DNA of 64,000 bases from Lachnospiraceae bacterium (lineage in GTDB: Bacteria > Bacillota > Clostridia > Lachnospirales > Lachnospiraceae), in NCBI GenBank assembly GCA_015057455.1, contig SVEH01000004.1, forward strand, positions 49,916 to 113,915. Direction: 5' to 3'. Below the pieces are notes generated by a model. That model was given only the letters and a program-made list of their open reading frames with translations, was not told the DNA's origin and ran no database searches. Shown piece after piece: positions 1 through 10,423 of this stretch. Each line of letters starts with the position of its first letter. Position 1 is the stretch's first letter. Both the position numbers and the translations under genes were made by a program.

Positions 1-7
1 TATTGCA

Positions 8-805
8 ATGGAGATGATAATTATGATGAAGAAAAAGAATGAAAAGAAAAATATTTTAAAAATAGAGAATGTAAATAAAAATTATGGAGATTTAAAGGTA
101 TTAAAAAATAATTCTCTTGAGGTTAAAAAAGGCGAAGTAGTATGTATTATTGGACCTTCTGGTGCGGGAAAATCAACTTTGCTTAGAAGCATTAATAAAC
201 TTGAAAGTGTAAAATCAGGTAAGATATGGGTTGATGGAGAATTAATAGTAGATAGAGAAAAAGGAAAGAATAAGTTAGATAAAACTAGTAAAGAATTATC
301 AAAAATTATGTTAGAAGTGGGGATGGTATTTCAAAAGTTTAATTTGTTTCCACATATAACAGTATTAGATAATGTGATAATGCCTCAAACAGTAGTTAGA
401 GGAGTATCAAAAGAAGTAGCAAAAGAAAAAGCACTTGAGTTGCTAGAAAAAGTAGGGTTACTAGACAAGAAAGATGTGTATCCTAATAAGCTATCGGGTG
501 GTCAACAACAGCGTGTTGCAATTGCAAGAGCACTTGCTATGGAGCCAATGATTATGTTGTTTGATGAGCCAACATCAGCATTAGACCCTACATTGGTAGG
601 AGAGGTATTAAAAGTAATGAAAGATTTGGCAAGTGAGGGGATGACAATGATAGTTGTTACTCATGAGATGGGATTTGCTAAAGAAGTAGCTGATACAGTT
701 GTATTTATGCATGATGGTGAAATTATTGAGGTTGGAGAACCAAAGCAAATTTTTGATAATCCTAAACAAGAAAAAACTAAGGAATTTTTAAGTAAAATAC
801 TTTAA
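8..805 (+). CDS. Polar amino-acid ABC transporter, ATP-binding subunit (GlnQ/ArtP-like)
   Basis: Walker [13 protein letters not shown] signature LSGGQQQRV, Walker [14 protein letters not shown]-loop VTHEMGFA. Start is ambiguous (ATG at 8, 14, 23, 26; GGAG at 10-13 favours 23/26) and the upstream context is cut by the window edge. Confidence 0.9.
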   Translation: MEMIIMMKKKNEKKNILKIENVNKNYGDLKVLKNNSLEVKKGEVVCIIGPSGAGKSTLLRSINKLESVKSGKIWVDGELIVDREKGKNKLDKTSKELSKIMLEVGMVFQKFNLFPHITVLDNVIMPQTVVRGVSKEVAKEKALELLEKVGLLDKKDVYPNKLSGGQQQRVAIARALAMEPMIMLFDEPTSALDPTLVGEVLKVMKDLASEGMTMIVVTHEMGFAKEVADTVVFMHDGEIIEVGEPKQIFDNPKQEKTKEFLSKIL

Positions 806-822
806 TTGATTTAAATAAAAAT

Positions 823-890
823 AAAAGGCTTAATAATATTAGCATTTATTACCATAATAAAGTAAAAATGTTAATGTTATTAAGCCTTTT
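823..890 (+). terminator. Long imperfect hairpin after the ABC ATPase gene
   Basis: aaaaggcttaataa (823-836) pairs with ttattaagcctttt (877-890); the interior is also partly self-complementary; followed by ttttg. Confidence 0.5.
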
Positions 891-898
891 GTCGATTA
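872..898 (+). promoter_or_regulatory. SigD (sigma-28)-like promoter candidate for the hydrogenase-like MCP
   Basis: TAAT(872-875)-N15-GTCGATTA(891-898), compared with the B. subtilis consensus TAAA-N15-GCCGATAT; 33 nt upstream of ATG 932. Confidence 0.3.
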
Positions 899-931
899 TA
901 TCTAATAGCGATATTTATAGGAGGGTGAATT

Positions 932-2908
932 ATGTCTTTTATGTATACCAATGACAATTGTATAGGTTGTTACAAATGTATAAAGGCATGCTCATATGTT
1001 GGAGCAAGCATAATGAAGAGTGAGAATGGTAAAGATTATGTTACAGTAAATCCAGATGCATGTGTATCTTGTGGAGCTTGTAGAGATGCGTGTAATTATG
1101 ATGCTAGACAATATGATGATGATACAATAAGATTTTTTGAAGATTTAAGGAAGGGACAAGATATATCTGTAATGTTTACCCCTGCAATTATGATTCAATA
1201 TGCTTCGGACTTTTTGAAAATATTTGGAGCCCTTAATAAACTTGGTGTAAAGTTATTCTTTGATGGAACATCAGGATTAGGATTATATAAGTGGGCATCA
1301 CTTAATTATATGCATACCCATAATATGCGTGGTGGTATAGCTAATTATTGTTCAGCAAATGAGAATATAATTACTAAGTATTTTCCTAAGTTAATATCAA
1401 AGTTAATACCGGTGCATAGTCCGTTAATTTGTACAGCTATATATGCAAAAAAGAATATGGGCGTAAAAGGAAAAATCGCTTATTTGAGTACTTGTGTTGC
1501 AAAACAAGAGGATACAAGAAATCCAGCAACCAGAGATTATTTACACTATAATATTACATATGAACATGTGTATAAGTATTTAAAAGAGAATAATATGCTA
1601 AAAGATACATATAGAGGTGAGTTACATCCAGGATTTGAATGTCCAGTGATGATGCAATATGACTTAAGAGATTGTTTAAGCACATATATAGACCCAGATG
1701 CAAGATTTAAAGTTGTACAGGGAGAAAAGAACTTGTATAACTATTTAAGTAAGAACCATGATGATATATTAAATAATAAATATGATTATGTATTATATGA
1801 TTTCACAAATTGTGAATTACAATGTGTATACGGAACTGGATCAGATAGAAAATCTATACCATATGAAATGGTAGAGAAAGGATTTAAAGATGTATCTGCA
1901 CAAAAAGCAAAAGAAGCTATGGCAAAAATGATGAAAAATCCAGCTAATATGATTAAGATGATAAAGCCTAAGGCACCAGCGGCGAATATTGCAGAAATGA
2001 ATGCTGCATTTGCTAAGATGAATATTAATTTAAATGATTATATGAGAACTTATGAAGATAAATCACCAAAGGTTAAGTTAAAAGATCCTTCAAAACAAGA
2101 ACAAGATGCAATATTTAAAGAATTAGGAAAGACAACTGCCTTAGATAAAAAAATAGATTGTACAGGATGTGGATTTGAAAATTGTGCAACTATGGTTAAG
2201 GCTATATATAATGGAATTGCATCAAAAGAAAATTGTGTATACTATGCAAAGAGTAGAATGCAAATAGATAAAGAAGAGTCAGAACATATGGCTGAAAACC
2301 TTCAAAGAGAGAAGGAGTATATACAAAAAACAAGAAATGAATTGGTATCAGCTATTGATGAAATTAATGAAGAGTTTATTGTGTTGCATGACGCGTTAGA
2401 TGATATGACAAAAGACAATGATTCTAACTCAAAGGAAAGTATGGAAATCTCACATGAAATACATAATATGGCAAATTCATGTAAAGAACTAGAAAATGCA
2501 GTGCAACAGATTAATATATTACTAACAGAATTAGCTACTAATAATGAAGAAGTAGTGTCTATTGCATCTCAAACAAACTTACTTTCATTAAATGCATCAA
2601 TTGAGGCAGCAAGAGCAGGAGAAAGTGGACGCGGATTTGCTGTTGTTGCAAGTGAAATTAGTACTTTGGCTGAAAACTCTAAAAATACAGCAAGTAAGAG
2701 TAATGATAGTCAAGGAAATATTCAAAAGAATATGGATGTTGTACTAGAAGCAGTAGAGAAATTAATGGGTGTTGTTAATAATGTTAATGAAAAAACTCAA
2801 ACTTTAGCAGCAACATCACAAACAATAGCAGCATCCACACAAAATATAGCTGCAGTTTCTGAAAAAGTAAAAACAGAATTAGACAATTTAAAAGAAAAGA
2901 ATAAATAG
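932..2908 (+). CDS. Soluble methyl-accepting chemotaxis protein with N-terminal 2x[4Fe-4S] ferredoxin and [FeFe]-hydrogenase-like (H-cluster domain-like) sensor
   Basis: [11 protein letters not shown] and [11 protein letters not shown] ferredoxin motifs. Region colinear with hydrogenase large-subunit motifs (STCVAKQED vs MPCxxKxxE; [11 protein letters not shown] vs CxxGCxxGG; TSCCP degenerated to NYCSA). Extra CTGCGFENC motif. C-terminal MCP hairpin [30 protein letters not shown]. No hydrophobic TM segment. RBS GGAGGG before the ATG. Confidence 0.85.
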   Translation: MSFMYTNDNCIGCYKCIKACSYVGASIMKSENGKDYVTVNPDACVSCGACRDACNYDARQYDDDTIRFFEDLRKGQDISVMFTPAIMIQYASDFLKIFGALNKLGVKLFFDGTSGLGLYKWASLNYMHTHNMRGGIANYCSANENIITKYFPKLISKLIPVHSPLICTAIYAKKNMGVKGKIAYLSTCVAKQEDTRNPATRDYLHYNITYEHVYKYLKENNMLKDTYRGELHPGFECPVMMQYDLRDCLSTYIDPDARFKVVQGEKNLYNYLSKNHDDILNNKYDYVLYDFTNCELQCVYGTGSDRKSIPYEMVEKGFKDVSAQKAKEAMAKMMKNPANMIKMIKPKAPAANIAEMNAAFAKMNINLNDYMRTYEDKSPKVKLKDPSKQEQDAIFKELGKTTALDKKIDCTGCGFENCATMVKAIYNGIASKENCVYYAKSRMQIDKEESEHMAENLQREKEYIQKTRNELVSAIDEINEEFIVLHDALDDMTKDNDSNSKESMEISHEIHNMANSCKELENAVQQINILLTELATNNEEVVSIASQTNLLSLNASIEAARAGESGRGFAVVASEISTLAENSKNTASKSNDSQGNIQKNMDVVLEAVEKLMGVVNNVNEKTQTLAATSQTIAASTQNIAAVSEKVKTELDNLKEKNK

Positions 2909-2951
2909 TTATATTATAGTATGGTAAAAAGAATTATAAAATAACATAATA

Positions 2952-2984
2952 AAAGGAGCATCTATTTAATGTAGATGCTCCTTT
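2952..2984 (+). terminator. Rho-independent terminator candidate
   Basis: aaaggagcatcta / tagatgctccttt 13-bp stem with a 7-nt loop, 44 nt after the stop. Confidence 0.6.
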
Positions 2985-3017
2985 CGATTGGGTAAGTAGT
3001 TATGAAATTTATATTAA

Positions 3018-3120
3018 TAACGTAAGTTATTAATTTTAATACACGTAAAGTTATTAATTTTAATACACGTAAAGTTATTAATTTTAATACACGAAAAGTT
3101 ATTAATTTTAACATACGGTT
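3018..3120. repeat. 24-bp tandem repeat, about 4.3 copies (unit ACACGTAAAGTTATTAATTTTAAT)
   Basis: Copies at 3018-3040 (23 nt, degenerate), 3041-3064, 3065-3088 (these two identical), 3089-3112 (2 changes), plus a partial 3113-3120. Lies between convergent gene ends. Confidence 0.9.
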
Positions 3121-3128
3121 AACTCGTT

Positions 3129-4070
3129 TTAGAAATAGGCTGTAAATGTATCTAAAACATAATTGTATATATCTTGTGAAGTCTTTTTATTATAGTGTAA
3201 GCCATCTTTAGTATAATCTATAGATGTTGTTTTAAGATAATTATATGTATCTATATATCCTACATTTTGTAGGCCGGCCTTCATTTTTGAATTGAAGTTT
3301 TCAACTTCTGTATTTTTAAAGTATGTATAAGTTGCTTCGTTGATTGGATTAACTGATACAAAGTATGTTTTCGCACCTTTAGTTGACCAAGCAGCAGCTT
3401 TTTGATTTATATATTCTATATATTTATTTACATTATGTAAATCATTTATTCCCATAAGGATTATAACAGCTGTACCTTTACTAATTTTATTTTCAACAGA
3501 TGGTACACCTGTTGATTCCATCCAGTTAAGGCCTTTTCCAACTTCACAAGCCCAAGAATGTTTATTCTCACCTATAGTTGATTTAATAGCAACAGTTCTA
3601 CTATCTCCAATAAATACAAAGTTTGATATACCGTCATTGGTAATTGTAGGTGTTGTTGTTGGTATTGGTGTTGCAGTTACTGTTATATCAGTAGTTTCAT
3701 CTGTTGTTGGAACTGGAGTAGCACTTGGAAGAATTGTTGTATCAGTATTGTTATTTAATTTATTTGAATAATCATATGTATCAGCAGATTCAGTAATAAT
3801 ATTTGAGTAATTAGAGATACTTACAGGTGCTTTCCTTGTATTAGGTACTTGACCTGATGTTGTTGAGTTAGTAGTTGCATCTATAGTAATTGTATCTGTA
3901 TTAGCACTAGGTGTTATTGTAGTAACCTGAGCATCTTCAGCTGGGTTAGCTGAAACTTGTTTGATACATAAAATTGATGATGCAATAAAAAAGATTATAA
4001 AAGTTGTAATAATGACAATATGTTTATGAGAAACAGTTCTCATAGTAATCAACTCCCCTATAATAACCAA
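3129..4070 (-). CDS. Secreted/membrane-anchored SGNH (GDSL-like) hydrolase
   Basis: N-terminal TM (IVIITTFIIFFIASSILCI), Thr/Pro-rich linker, block I FVFIGDSRT, C-terminal DGLHYN (DxxH) block. Confidence 0.7.
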   Translation of the reverse strand: MVIIGELITMRTVSHKHIVIITTFIIFFIASSILCIKQVSANPAEDAQVTTITPSANTDTITIDATTNSTTSGQVPNTRKAPVSISNYSNIITESADTYDYSNKLNNNTDTTILPSATPVPTTDETTDITVTATPIPTTTPTITNDGISNFVFIGDSRTVAIKSTIGENKHSWACEVGKGLNWMESTGVPSVENKISKGTAVIILMGINDLHNVNKYIEYINQKAAAWSTKGAKTYFVSVNPINEATYTYFKNTEVENFNSKMKAGLQNVGYIDTYNYLKTTSIDYTKDGLHYNKKTSQDIYNYVLDTFTAYF

Positions 4071-4326
4071 ACCCTTTATCTGATATTATATTAACACAAA
4101 TGTTAAAGGTGGTCAATAAATATGTAACAATTTATTAATAATTTATAATTGCTTAATATAATATTTATGCAATATATGAGTATAATAGGTGCAAAAACAA
4201 TATAAATAATTAATATTTATTAAAGAAAAAGTATTATGTAGTCCGATAATAATGTACATAATATTTATAATATAAATTTTATTTATATTGTACATAGTGA
4301 GCATAATAACAACAAAGGAGAAAAAG

Positions 4327-4896
4327 ATGTTTGAGATATTTTTAAGGGTAAGTATGGATGGAGAAATATTATTATGGCTACAAGAAAATATGCGTAATAG
4401 TATATTGACACCAATACTAAGTTTTATAACAAATTTGGCATACAACGGAGAGGTATGGATTGCAATTTCTATAATTTTATTATGCTTAAAAAAATATAGA
4501 AAAATAGGTTTTAAAACATTGTTAGCAATGTTTATTTCGATGATTTTATGTGATAATTTATTGAAAAATATAGTAGCCAGACCTAGACCATATGATAGTA
4601 TAGAGGAACTTATACGAATAGGACACAGAGTAAAAAGTTATTCGTTTCCATCTGGACATACAAGTACGGCATTTGCATTTGCAACAGCTTTTACAAAAGG
4701 CATGCCTAAAAAGTATGTTGTATTGGTGTGGATATTGGCAGTAATTATGGCATTTTCTAGATTATATTTGGGGTATCATTACCCAACAGATGTTTTAGGT
4801 GGAATGGTTGTTGGCACTTTTTGTGGATTTTTAGGAGGAATAATTATAAATGGCGTAATGAACTATTTTAATAGTAAAAAAAGTGATACAGAATAG
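4327..4896 (+). CDS. PAP2-family phosphatase (undecaprenyl-diphosphatase/phosphatidic acid phosphatase-like), membrane
   Basis: Acid-phosphatase motifs KNIVARPRP, FPSGHT, SRLYLGYHYPTD. Several TM segments. ATG 4327 follows AAGGAG; the tracked start 4288 has no RBS. Confidence 0.85.
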   Translation: MFEIFLRVSMDGEILLWLQENMRNSILTPILSFITNLAYNGEVWIAISIILLCLKKYRKIGFKTLLAMFISMILCDNLLKNIVARPRPYDSIEELIRIGHRVKSYSFPSGHTSTAFAFATAFTKGMPKKYVVLVWILAVIMAFSRLYLGYHYPTDVLGGMVVGTFCGFLGGIIINGVMNYFNSKKSDTE

Positions 4897-4925
4897 TAGT
4901 TTCTTATTAAATGTGAATTTTTTGG

Positions 4926-4952
4926 TAATATATGTAAAACATTTACCGATAT
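4926..4952 (+). promoter_or_regulatory. SigD (sigma-28)-like promoter candidate for the che operon
   Basis: TAAT(4926-4929)-N15-ACCGATAT(4945-4952), compared with TAAA-N15-GCCGATAT; 25 nt upstream of cheY ATG 4978. Confidence 0.4.
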
Positions 4953-4977
4953 TTAAATAGGAAAGGTGGACTGCGTT

Positions 4978-5331
4978 ATGAAAAAAGTATTAATTTGCGA
5001 TGACGCATTAGCAATGCGTTTAATTATGAAAAAACAAATTGAGAATATGGGGCATGAGGTTGTAGGACAAGCAGCTGATGGAGAAGAGGCTGTTTTAATG
5101 TATAAAGAATTTAAACCAGATGTTGTGACTATGGATATTACTATGCCAAAAAAGACAGGTATAGAAGCATTAAGAGAAATCGTTGCTTTTGATAGTCAAG
5201 CAAAAGTTGTTATGGTTAGTGCTATGGGACAAGAAGAACGTGTTAAAGAGTCCATTCTTAGTGGCGCAAAGAATTTTGTAGTTAAGCCATTTACACCAGA
5301 GAAGCTAGAAGAGGTTATAAATAAAGTATAA
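4978..5331 (+). CDS. cheY: Chemotaxis response regulator CheY
   Basis: Single REC domain: acidic pocket ICDDA, phospho-acceptor in VVTMDITMP, conserved VSAMG and VVKPF. AAGGTGG RBS 8 nt before ATG 4978. Confidence 0.9.
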   Translation: MKKVLICDDALAMRLIMKKQIENMGHEVVGQAADGEEAVLMYKEFKPDVVTMDITMPKKTGIEALREIVAFDSQAKVVMVSAMGQEERVKESILSGAKNFVVKPFTPEKLEEVINKV

Positions 5332-5362
5332 CTGTATAAATAATTCTAAGAGGCGATGAATA

Positions 5363-6184
5363 ATGAAACTAACAGATAATGAATTTAAGCAATTAGCTGA
5401 TTTTATAAAACGATATTATGGTATAAGTTTGAAAGAGGAGAAAAGAACTCTTATAGAAACGAGACTTTCTGATATGCTTATAAAAAGAGGGATTCCTTCT
5501 TATTCAACGTTATACTCAATGTTAATAGAAGAGAGAAATGGTGATCTTCGTAGAGAAGTAGAAACTAGAATAACTACAAATTATACGTATTTTATGAGAG
5601 AGACAGATACTTTCTCATTTTTCGAGACCACAATTTTGCCTTGGATAGAAAAGGTATGTAAAGATAAAAGCTTACGTGTATGGTCGGCTGGGTGTTCTAG
5701 TGGCGAAGAAGCCTATAATATAGCTATGATTATAGCTGATTATTTCATGCATAAAGATAAATTATGGGATAAACAGATTTTAGCAACGGATATATCAGAT
5801 AAAGTATTAATTAGTGCAAAATTGGGAATATATTCTGAGGATAAAATTCAAACATTGCCTTCACACTGGAAATCTATGTATCTTCAAAAATATGATAATA
5901 TGAATTTTGTGTTTAAAGACATAATAAAAAAAGAGATTATGTTTAAAAAGTTTAATTTAATGGACCCATTTTTTCCATATAGAAAGAAATTTCATACTAT
6001 ATTTTGTAGAAATGTAATGATTTATTTTGATGAAAATACAAGAAATGAAATAATAGGTAAGTTTGTTGATAATCTTGAGGTGGGTGGCTTTTTCTTAATA
6101 GGTAAAACAGAAAGTATAGATAAGAAAATGCATAATTTAGAATATATTAAGCCAGGAATATACAGAAAGAAGGAAGTGAACTAA
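5363..6184 (+). CDS. cheR: Chemotaxis protein methyltransferase CheR
   Basis: N-terminal helical CheR_N-like region, SAM-binding VWSAGCSSGEEAYNIAM, IFCRNVMIYFD. Operon context. Confidence 0.9.
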   Translation: MKLTDNEFKQLADFIKRYYGISLKEEKRTLIETRLSDMLIKRGIPSYSTLYSMLIEERNGDLRREVETRITTNYTYFMRETDTFSFFETTILPWIEKVCKDKSLRVWSAGCSSGEEAYNIAMIIADYFMHKDKLWDKQILATDISDKVLISAKLGIYSEDKIQTLPSHWKSMYLQKYDNMNFVFKDIIKKEIMFKKFNLMDPFFPYRKKFHTIFCRNVMIYFDENTRNEIIGKFVDNLEVGGFFLIGKTESIDKKMHNLEYIKPGIYRKKEVN

Positions 6185-7209
6185 TGGCTTCAAAGATAAA
6201 AGTATTAATAGTAGATGATTCAGTAGTATATCGTGAGTTGTTACGAAAAGGGTTAAACGAAGTGCCAGGAATAGAAGTTGTGGCAACTGCGATTGATCCA
6301 TATGATGCAAGAGATAAACTACTTAAATATAGACCAGATGTAATGGTTTGTGATATAGAAATGCCAAAAATGAACGGATTAACATTTTTAAGGAAGGTAT
6401 TACCACAATATCCAATACCTACAATTGTAATTAGTTCATTAGATAATGCAGCATTTGAAGCTATGGAAGCGGGTGCTGTTGATTTTGTAGGAAAATGTGC
6501 TAGTGATAAAAAAAGAAATCAAGAAGAATTTGTTATGCAAGTTGCTGAAAAAGTAAAAATTGCAAAAGATTCTAAAGTATTAGCAAGGAAGACAAGGACT
6601 ACAGAGGTTGTATCAGGTATTAATAAAGGGAAAATAGGAGCAACTAAAGTTGAATTGATTGCTTTAGGGGCATCTACAGGTGGTACTGAGGCATTGGCAA
6701 GTGTAATAGCAAAGTTACCAAATAATATTCCTGGTATTGTAATAGTACAACATATACCTCCAATGTTTAGTACAATGTTTGCTCAAAGAATAAATCGAAG
6801 TACTGATTTTGAGGTTATGGAAGCTACTACAGGAGATGAAGTTAGAAGAGGAAGAATCCTTATTGCTCCTGGAGATAAGCAAATGAGAGTAGTAAGAAAG
6901 AATGGAAAATTAGTTGTTGAGGTTAAGGAAGGACCAAAGGTAAGCGGTCATTGTCCTTCTGTTGATGTATTATTCCAGTCTGTTGCAGAAACTGTTGGAT
7001 CAAAAGCAGTAGGTGTTATAATGACAGGAATGGGTGCAGACGGTGCAAAAGGACTACTTGCTATGAGACAAAATGGAGCTCAAACAATAGGACAAGATGA
7101 GGAGTCTTGTGTTGTATACGGAATGCCTAAAGAAGCTTATAAGATGGGTGCTGTTCAAAAACAAGCATCATTAATGAATATACCTAGAAGTATTTTAGAA
7201 ATGCTATAA
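6184..7209 (+). CDS. cheB: Protein-glutamate methylesterase/glutaminase CheB
   Basis: REC domain (LIVDDS, MVCDIEMP) plus esterase domain with GASTGG (Ser), HCPSVDVLF (His), GMGADG (Asp). Start overlaps the cheR stop. Confidence 0.92.
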   Translation: MASKIKVLIVDDSVVYRELLRKGLNEVPGIEVVATAIDPYDARDKLLKYRPDVMVCDIEMPKMNGLTFLRKVLPQYPIPTIVISSLDNAAFEAMEAGAVDFVGKCASDKKRNQEEFVMQVAEKVKIAKDSKVLARKTRTTEVVSGINKGKIGATKVELIALGASTGGTEALASVIAKLPNNIPGIVIVQHIPPMFSTMFAQRINRSTDFEVMEATTGDEVRRGRILIAPGDKQMRVVRKNGKLVVEVKEGPKVSGHCPSVDVLFQSVAETVGSKAVGVIMTGMGADGAKGLLAMRQNGAQTIGQDEESCVVYGMPKEAYKMGAVQKQASLMNIPRSILEML

Positions 7210-7236
7210 GATAACATTTACAGAATGGAGGATATT

Positions 7237-7761
7237 ATGAATAATTCAGTAGTTAATGAAGAAATTATGATTGATGAGGATATGGTTGAGTTAGAGAATA
7301 CCTTTTTGACATTTTATGCATATGAAAAATTATTTGGTATAAATATAGGTAATGTTGTTCAAATAATTAGTTATCAACCAGTATCTAAAATACCAGAATT
7401 TCCACCATATGCAGTAGGTGTAATTAATCTTAGAGGAGATGTAATTCCTATTATTGATTTTAGCGTGAGATTTGGACAAGAACCCAAAGAATATAATGAG
7501 AGAACATGTATAATTGTAACAAAGATTAGAGATGGACATATTGGATTTGTTGTTGATGCCGTAGACGAGGTTATTAAGATTGATAAGGAAGATATTTCAG
7601 AACCACCAAAGGTAATTGGCGCAATACATGATGCTTATTTAATGGGAATAGGAAGAAAAAATAATAAGAAATCATTATTGTTAGATATAGAAAAAGTAGT
7701 GCTAGAGGATGAAATATCTGCAATCTCAAGGGAGGTAAGTCAATGGAAACAACAAAATTAA
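7237..7761 (+). CDS. cheW: Chemotaxis coupling protein CheW (copy 1)
   Basis: CheW-like domain (GVINLRGDVIPIIDF, GFVVDAVDEV). GGAGG at 7227-7231 favours ATG 7237. Confidence 0.85.
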   Translation: MNNSVVNEEIMIDEDMVELENTFLTFYAYEKLFGINIGNVVQIISYQPVSKIPEFPPYAVGVINLRGDVIPIIDFSVRFGQEPKEYNERTCIIVTKIRDGHIGFVVDAVDEVIKIDKEDISEPPKVIGAIHDAYLMGIGRKNNKKSLLLDIEKVVLEDEISAISREVSQWKQQN

Positions 7762-8264
7762 AAGAAGAGAATAATGTAGCTACAAATGTAAATTTAAAGA
7801 AAGAAAAAGCAGAAGCGGATGCTATAGTGCAAGATGCGTTTAATAGAACTCATAGATTTTTATTATTTGAGTTGGAAAAAGAGCAATATGGAATAGATAT
7901 TTCTTATGTACTTGAGATTATCGGAATACAAGAAATAACATATCTTCCAGGTATGCCACGATTTGTAAAGGGACTTATTAATTTAAGAGGAAAAATAATA
8001 CCTGTTATAGATGCAAGAGAAAAATTCAACAAGCAAAAAGCTATATATAATGATAGAACATGTATTATTGTATTAGAACTAGAGGGAATTATGGTAGGTC
8101 TAGTTGTTGATATGATTTCAGATGTAATAACAGTTAGTGAAAGCATACTAGAAGAAGCACCTAAGATAGGAAAGATAAAAACCAATAAATATATAAGTAA
8201 TATTGCAAAGATGAGTGATGGGGTTAAGTTACTTGTTGATTGCGAAAAACTTATAAATGAATAG
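7743..8264 (+). CDS. cheW: Chemotaxis coupling protein CheW (copy 2)
   Basis: CheW-like domain (GLINLRGKIIPVIDA, GLVVDMISDV). GGAGG at 7731-7735. Overlaps the end of copy 1. Confidence 0.85.
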   Translation: METTKLKEENNVATNVNLKKEKAEADAIVQDAFNRTHRFLLFELEKEQYGIDISYVLEIIGIQEITYLPGMPRFVKGLINLRGKIIPVIDAREKFNKQKAIYNDRTCIIVLELEGIMVGLVVDMISDVITVSESILEEAPKIGKIKTNKYISNIAKMSDGVKLLVDCEKLINE

Positions 8265-8276
8265 GAGGTGCTTTTT

Positions 8277-10412
8277 GTGGCAAATCAAGAAATGGATCCT
8301 ATAGTTCAAGCCTTTGTCTATGAAACAGAGGGAATGCTTGAACAAATGGAACAAATACTATTAAAGTGCGAAGATAATGATGGATTTGAAGATGATGATA
8401 TAAATGAAATATTTAGAATAATGCATACCATAAAGGGTGGAGCTGGAATGATGTGGTTTAACAAACTTGCAGAATTAGCTCATTCATTAGAAGATATGTT
8501 TTATTTTTTAAGGGAAGAAAACCCAACGATTTCAGATATAAGTTTAGTATCTGATAATGTATTAGCTGGAATAGATTTTATGAAAACTTACATGGACGGA
8601 ATTAAAGCTAATGATTATGAACAATTAGAGGCTGATGATATAGTAAATGATATTCATGAAGCTATAGAAACAATAAAAGGAGAAGGTACAGGCGTGAAGA
8701 AAAATAATGAAAATGAAAAAGAAATAGATGAAGTTTCTATGGAAGGAACTAATGGAACAGAGGAACCTGTACAAGAAGATGAAATGGAAGATATGGGAAA
8801 AGGAAAAAATCTTTCAGAAATAGATGAAATTGAATTAGAAATGGAATTAGAATCGGATTATTATAGTATTGTGCTTACATATCAAGATGGATGTGAAATG
8901 GAACATATTAGAGCTTATCAAGTTGTGCAAGAATTGCAAGGAAAAGCTCAGAATATAAAACATTTTCCAGATAAATTGTTAGAAGGCGATGCAGATGCAT
9001 TAGCTTCAGTAATTCGTAGAAAGGGCTTCCAAATACATATGCAGATTGATATGCCATTGGAAGAGTTACAACAATTAGCAAGTAATCTAGCGTTTATAGA
9101 GAACGCAGTAGTAAAGAAAATTACTTTAGATGAAGTTGGTAAGTTTGACGATAGCGATGATGAAGCAAAGGTTGTTGTAGAAGAGAAAAAGCCAGCTAAA
9201 GAAGAAAAAGAGAAGAAAACTGAACCTGATGTACCGGTTCTTAATCATGAACAAAAGAGAATTAATGTACCTGTTGAGAAGTTAGATATGTTAATGGATT
9301 TAGTTGGGGAATTAGTATTATCAGAAACTATGGTAGTATCTAATCCAGATCTTAAAGGAATTAAGTTGGATAATTTCTCTAAGGCAGCTAGACAACATCG
9401 TAAAATAATTGGTGAGGTTCAAGATATTGTAATGTCAATACGAATGATGCCACTATCAACTACATTTACAAAGATGAAAAGAATAGTTAGAGATATAAGT
9501 AAAAAGCTTGATAGAGATATGCAAATAGAGTTAATAGGTGAGGAAACTGAAGTAGATAAGAATATTATTGAACAAATAGGTGACCCACTTATGCATTTGG
9601 TGAGAAATGCAGCAGACCATGGAATAGAATCAAAAGAAGAACGTGAAAAATTAGGTAAGATGCAGCCACCAAAGATTACTTTAGAAGCATGCAATTCAGG
9701 TGGAGATGTACTTATTAAAGTAATAGATAATGGTAAAGGTTTAGATAAAGATAAGATATTAGAGAAAGCTATTAAGAATAACTTAATAGATGGTGATGTG
9801 TCAGAGCTTACTGATAAGCAAATTTATAATATGATATTCCTTCCTGGTTTTTCAACTTCAGAGAAAATAACAGAATTCTCTGGAAGAGGAGTAGGAATGG
9901 ATGTTGTTCGTAATAATATAGAAGGTTTAGGTGGAACAATAGCAGTTGATAGCGTTAAGGATGAGGGTACAACTGTAACATTAAAGATTCCATTAACACT
10001 TGCTATTGTAAGCGGAATGATTATACGCGTTGGTAAGGCAAAATATACAATTCCTATTATGTCTATACAAGAGTCATTTAGACCATCTGCTAAGGATATA
10101 ATAATAGATACAGATGGTAATGAAATGGTTATGGTAAGAGGCGGATGTTACATTATAAGAAGATTAAGTAAGATGTATAATGTAAATAATGCAGAGCAGG
10201 ATTTTGAAAAGGGAATTTTAATAATGCTTGAGAGCAATGATGATACATTCTGTATATTTGCAGATGAAATTATTGGGGAACAACAAGTCGTTGTTAAGCC
10301 TTTGCCAGAGTATGTTAAGAGATTTAATTCAATACAAGGAATTGCTGGATGCACATTACTTGGAGATGGAGATATAAGCTTAATATTAGATGTTGCAAAT
10401 ATAAATAATTAA
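8277..10412 (+). CDS. cheA: Chemotaxis histidine kinase CheA
   Basis: Hpt [10 protein letters not shown]-box [13 protein letters not shown]1 DNGKGLD, G2 [10 protein letters not shown]-terminal CheW-like domain. Start is GTG 8268 or 8277 (AGGAGG at 8263-8268 favours 8277). Confidence 0.92.
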   Translation: MANQEMDPIVQAFVYETEGMLEQMEQILLKCEDNDGFEDDDINEIFRIMHTIKGGAGMMWFNKLAELAHSLEDMFYFLREENPTISDISLVSDNVLAGIDFMKTYMDGIKANDYEQLEADDIVNDIHEAIETIKGEGTGVKKNNENEKEIDEVSMEGTNGTEEPVQEDEMEDMGKGKNLSEIDEIELEMELESDYYSIVLTYQDGCEMEHIRAYQVVQELQGKAQNIKHFPDKLLEGDADALASVIRRKGFQIHMQIDMPLEELQQLASNLAFIENAVVKKITLDEVGKFDDSDDEAKVVVEEKKPAKEEKEKKTEPDVPVLNHEQKRINVPVEKLDMLMDLVGELVLSETMVVSNPDLKGIKLDNFSKAARQHRKIIGEVQDIVMSIRMMPLSTTFTKMKRIVRDISKKLDRDMQIELIGEETEVDKNIIEQIGDPLMHLVRNAADHGIESKEEREKLGKMQPPKITLEACNSGGDVLIKVIDNGKGLDKDKILEKAIKNNLIDGDVSELTDKQIYNMIFLPGFSTSEKITEFSGRGVGMDVVRNNIEGLGGTIAVDSVKDEGTTVTLKIPLTLAIVSGMIIRVGKAKYTIPIMSIQESFRPSAKDIIIDTDGNEMVMVRGGCYIIRRLSKMYNVNNAEQDFEKGILIMLESNDDTFCIFADEIIGEQQVVVKPLPEYVKRFNSIQGIAGCTLLGDGDISLILDVANINN

Positions 10413-10423
10413 GGTGGGAACTT

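Noticed and set aside
4143-4445. 100-aa minus-strand ORF upstream of the PAP2 gene
   Set aside because: It lies in extremely AT-rich promoter DNA and gives an Ile/Asn/Tyr-rich low-complexity translation. It has no RBS and overlaps the PAP2 5' region.
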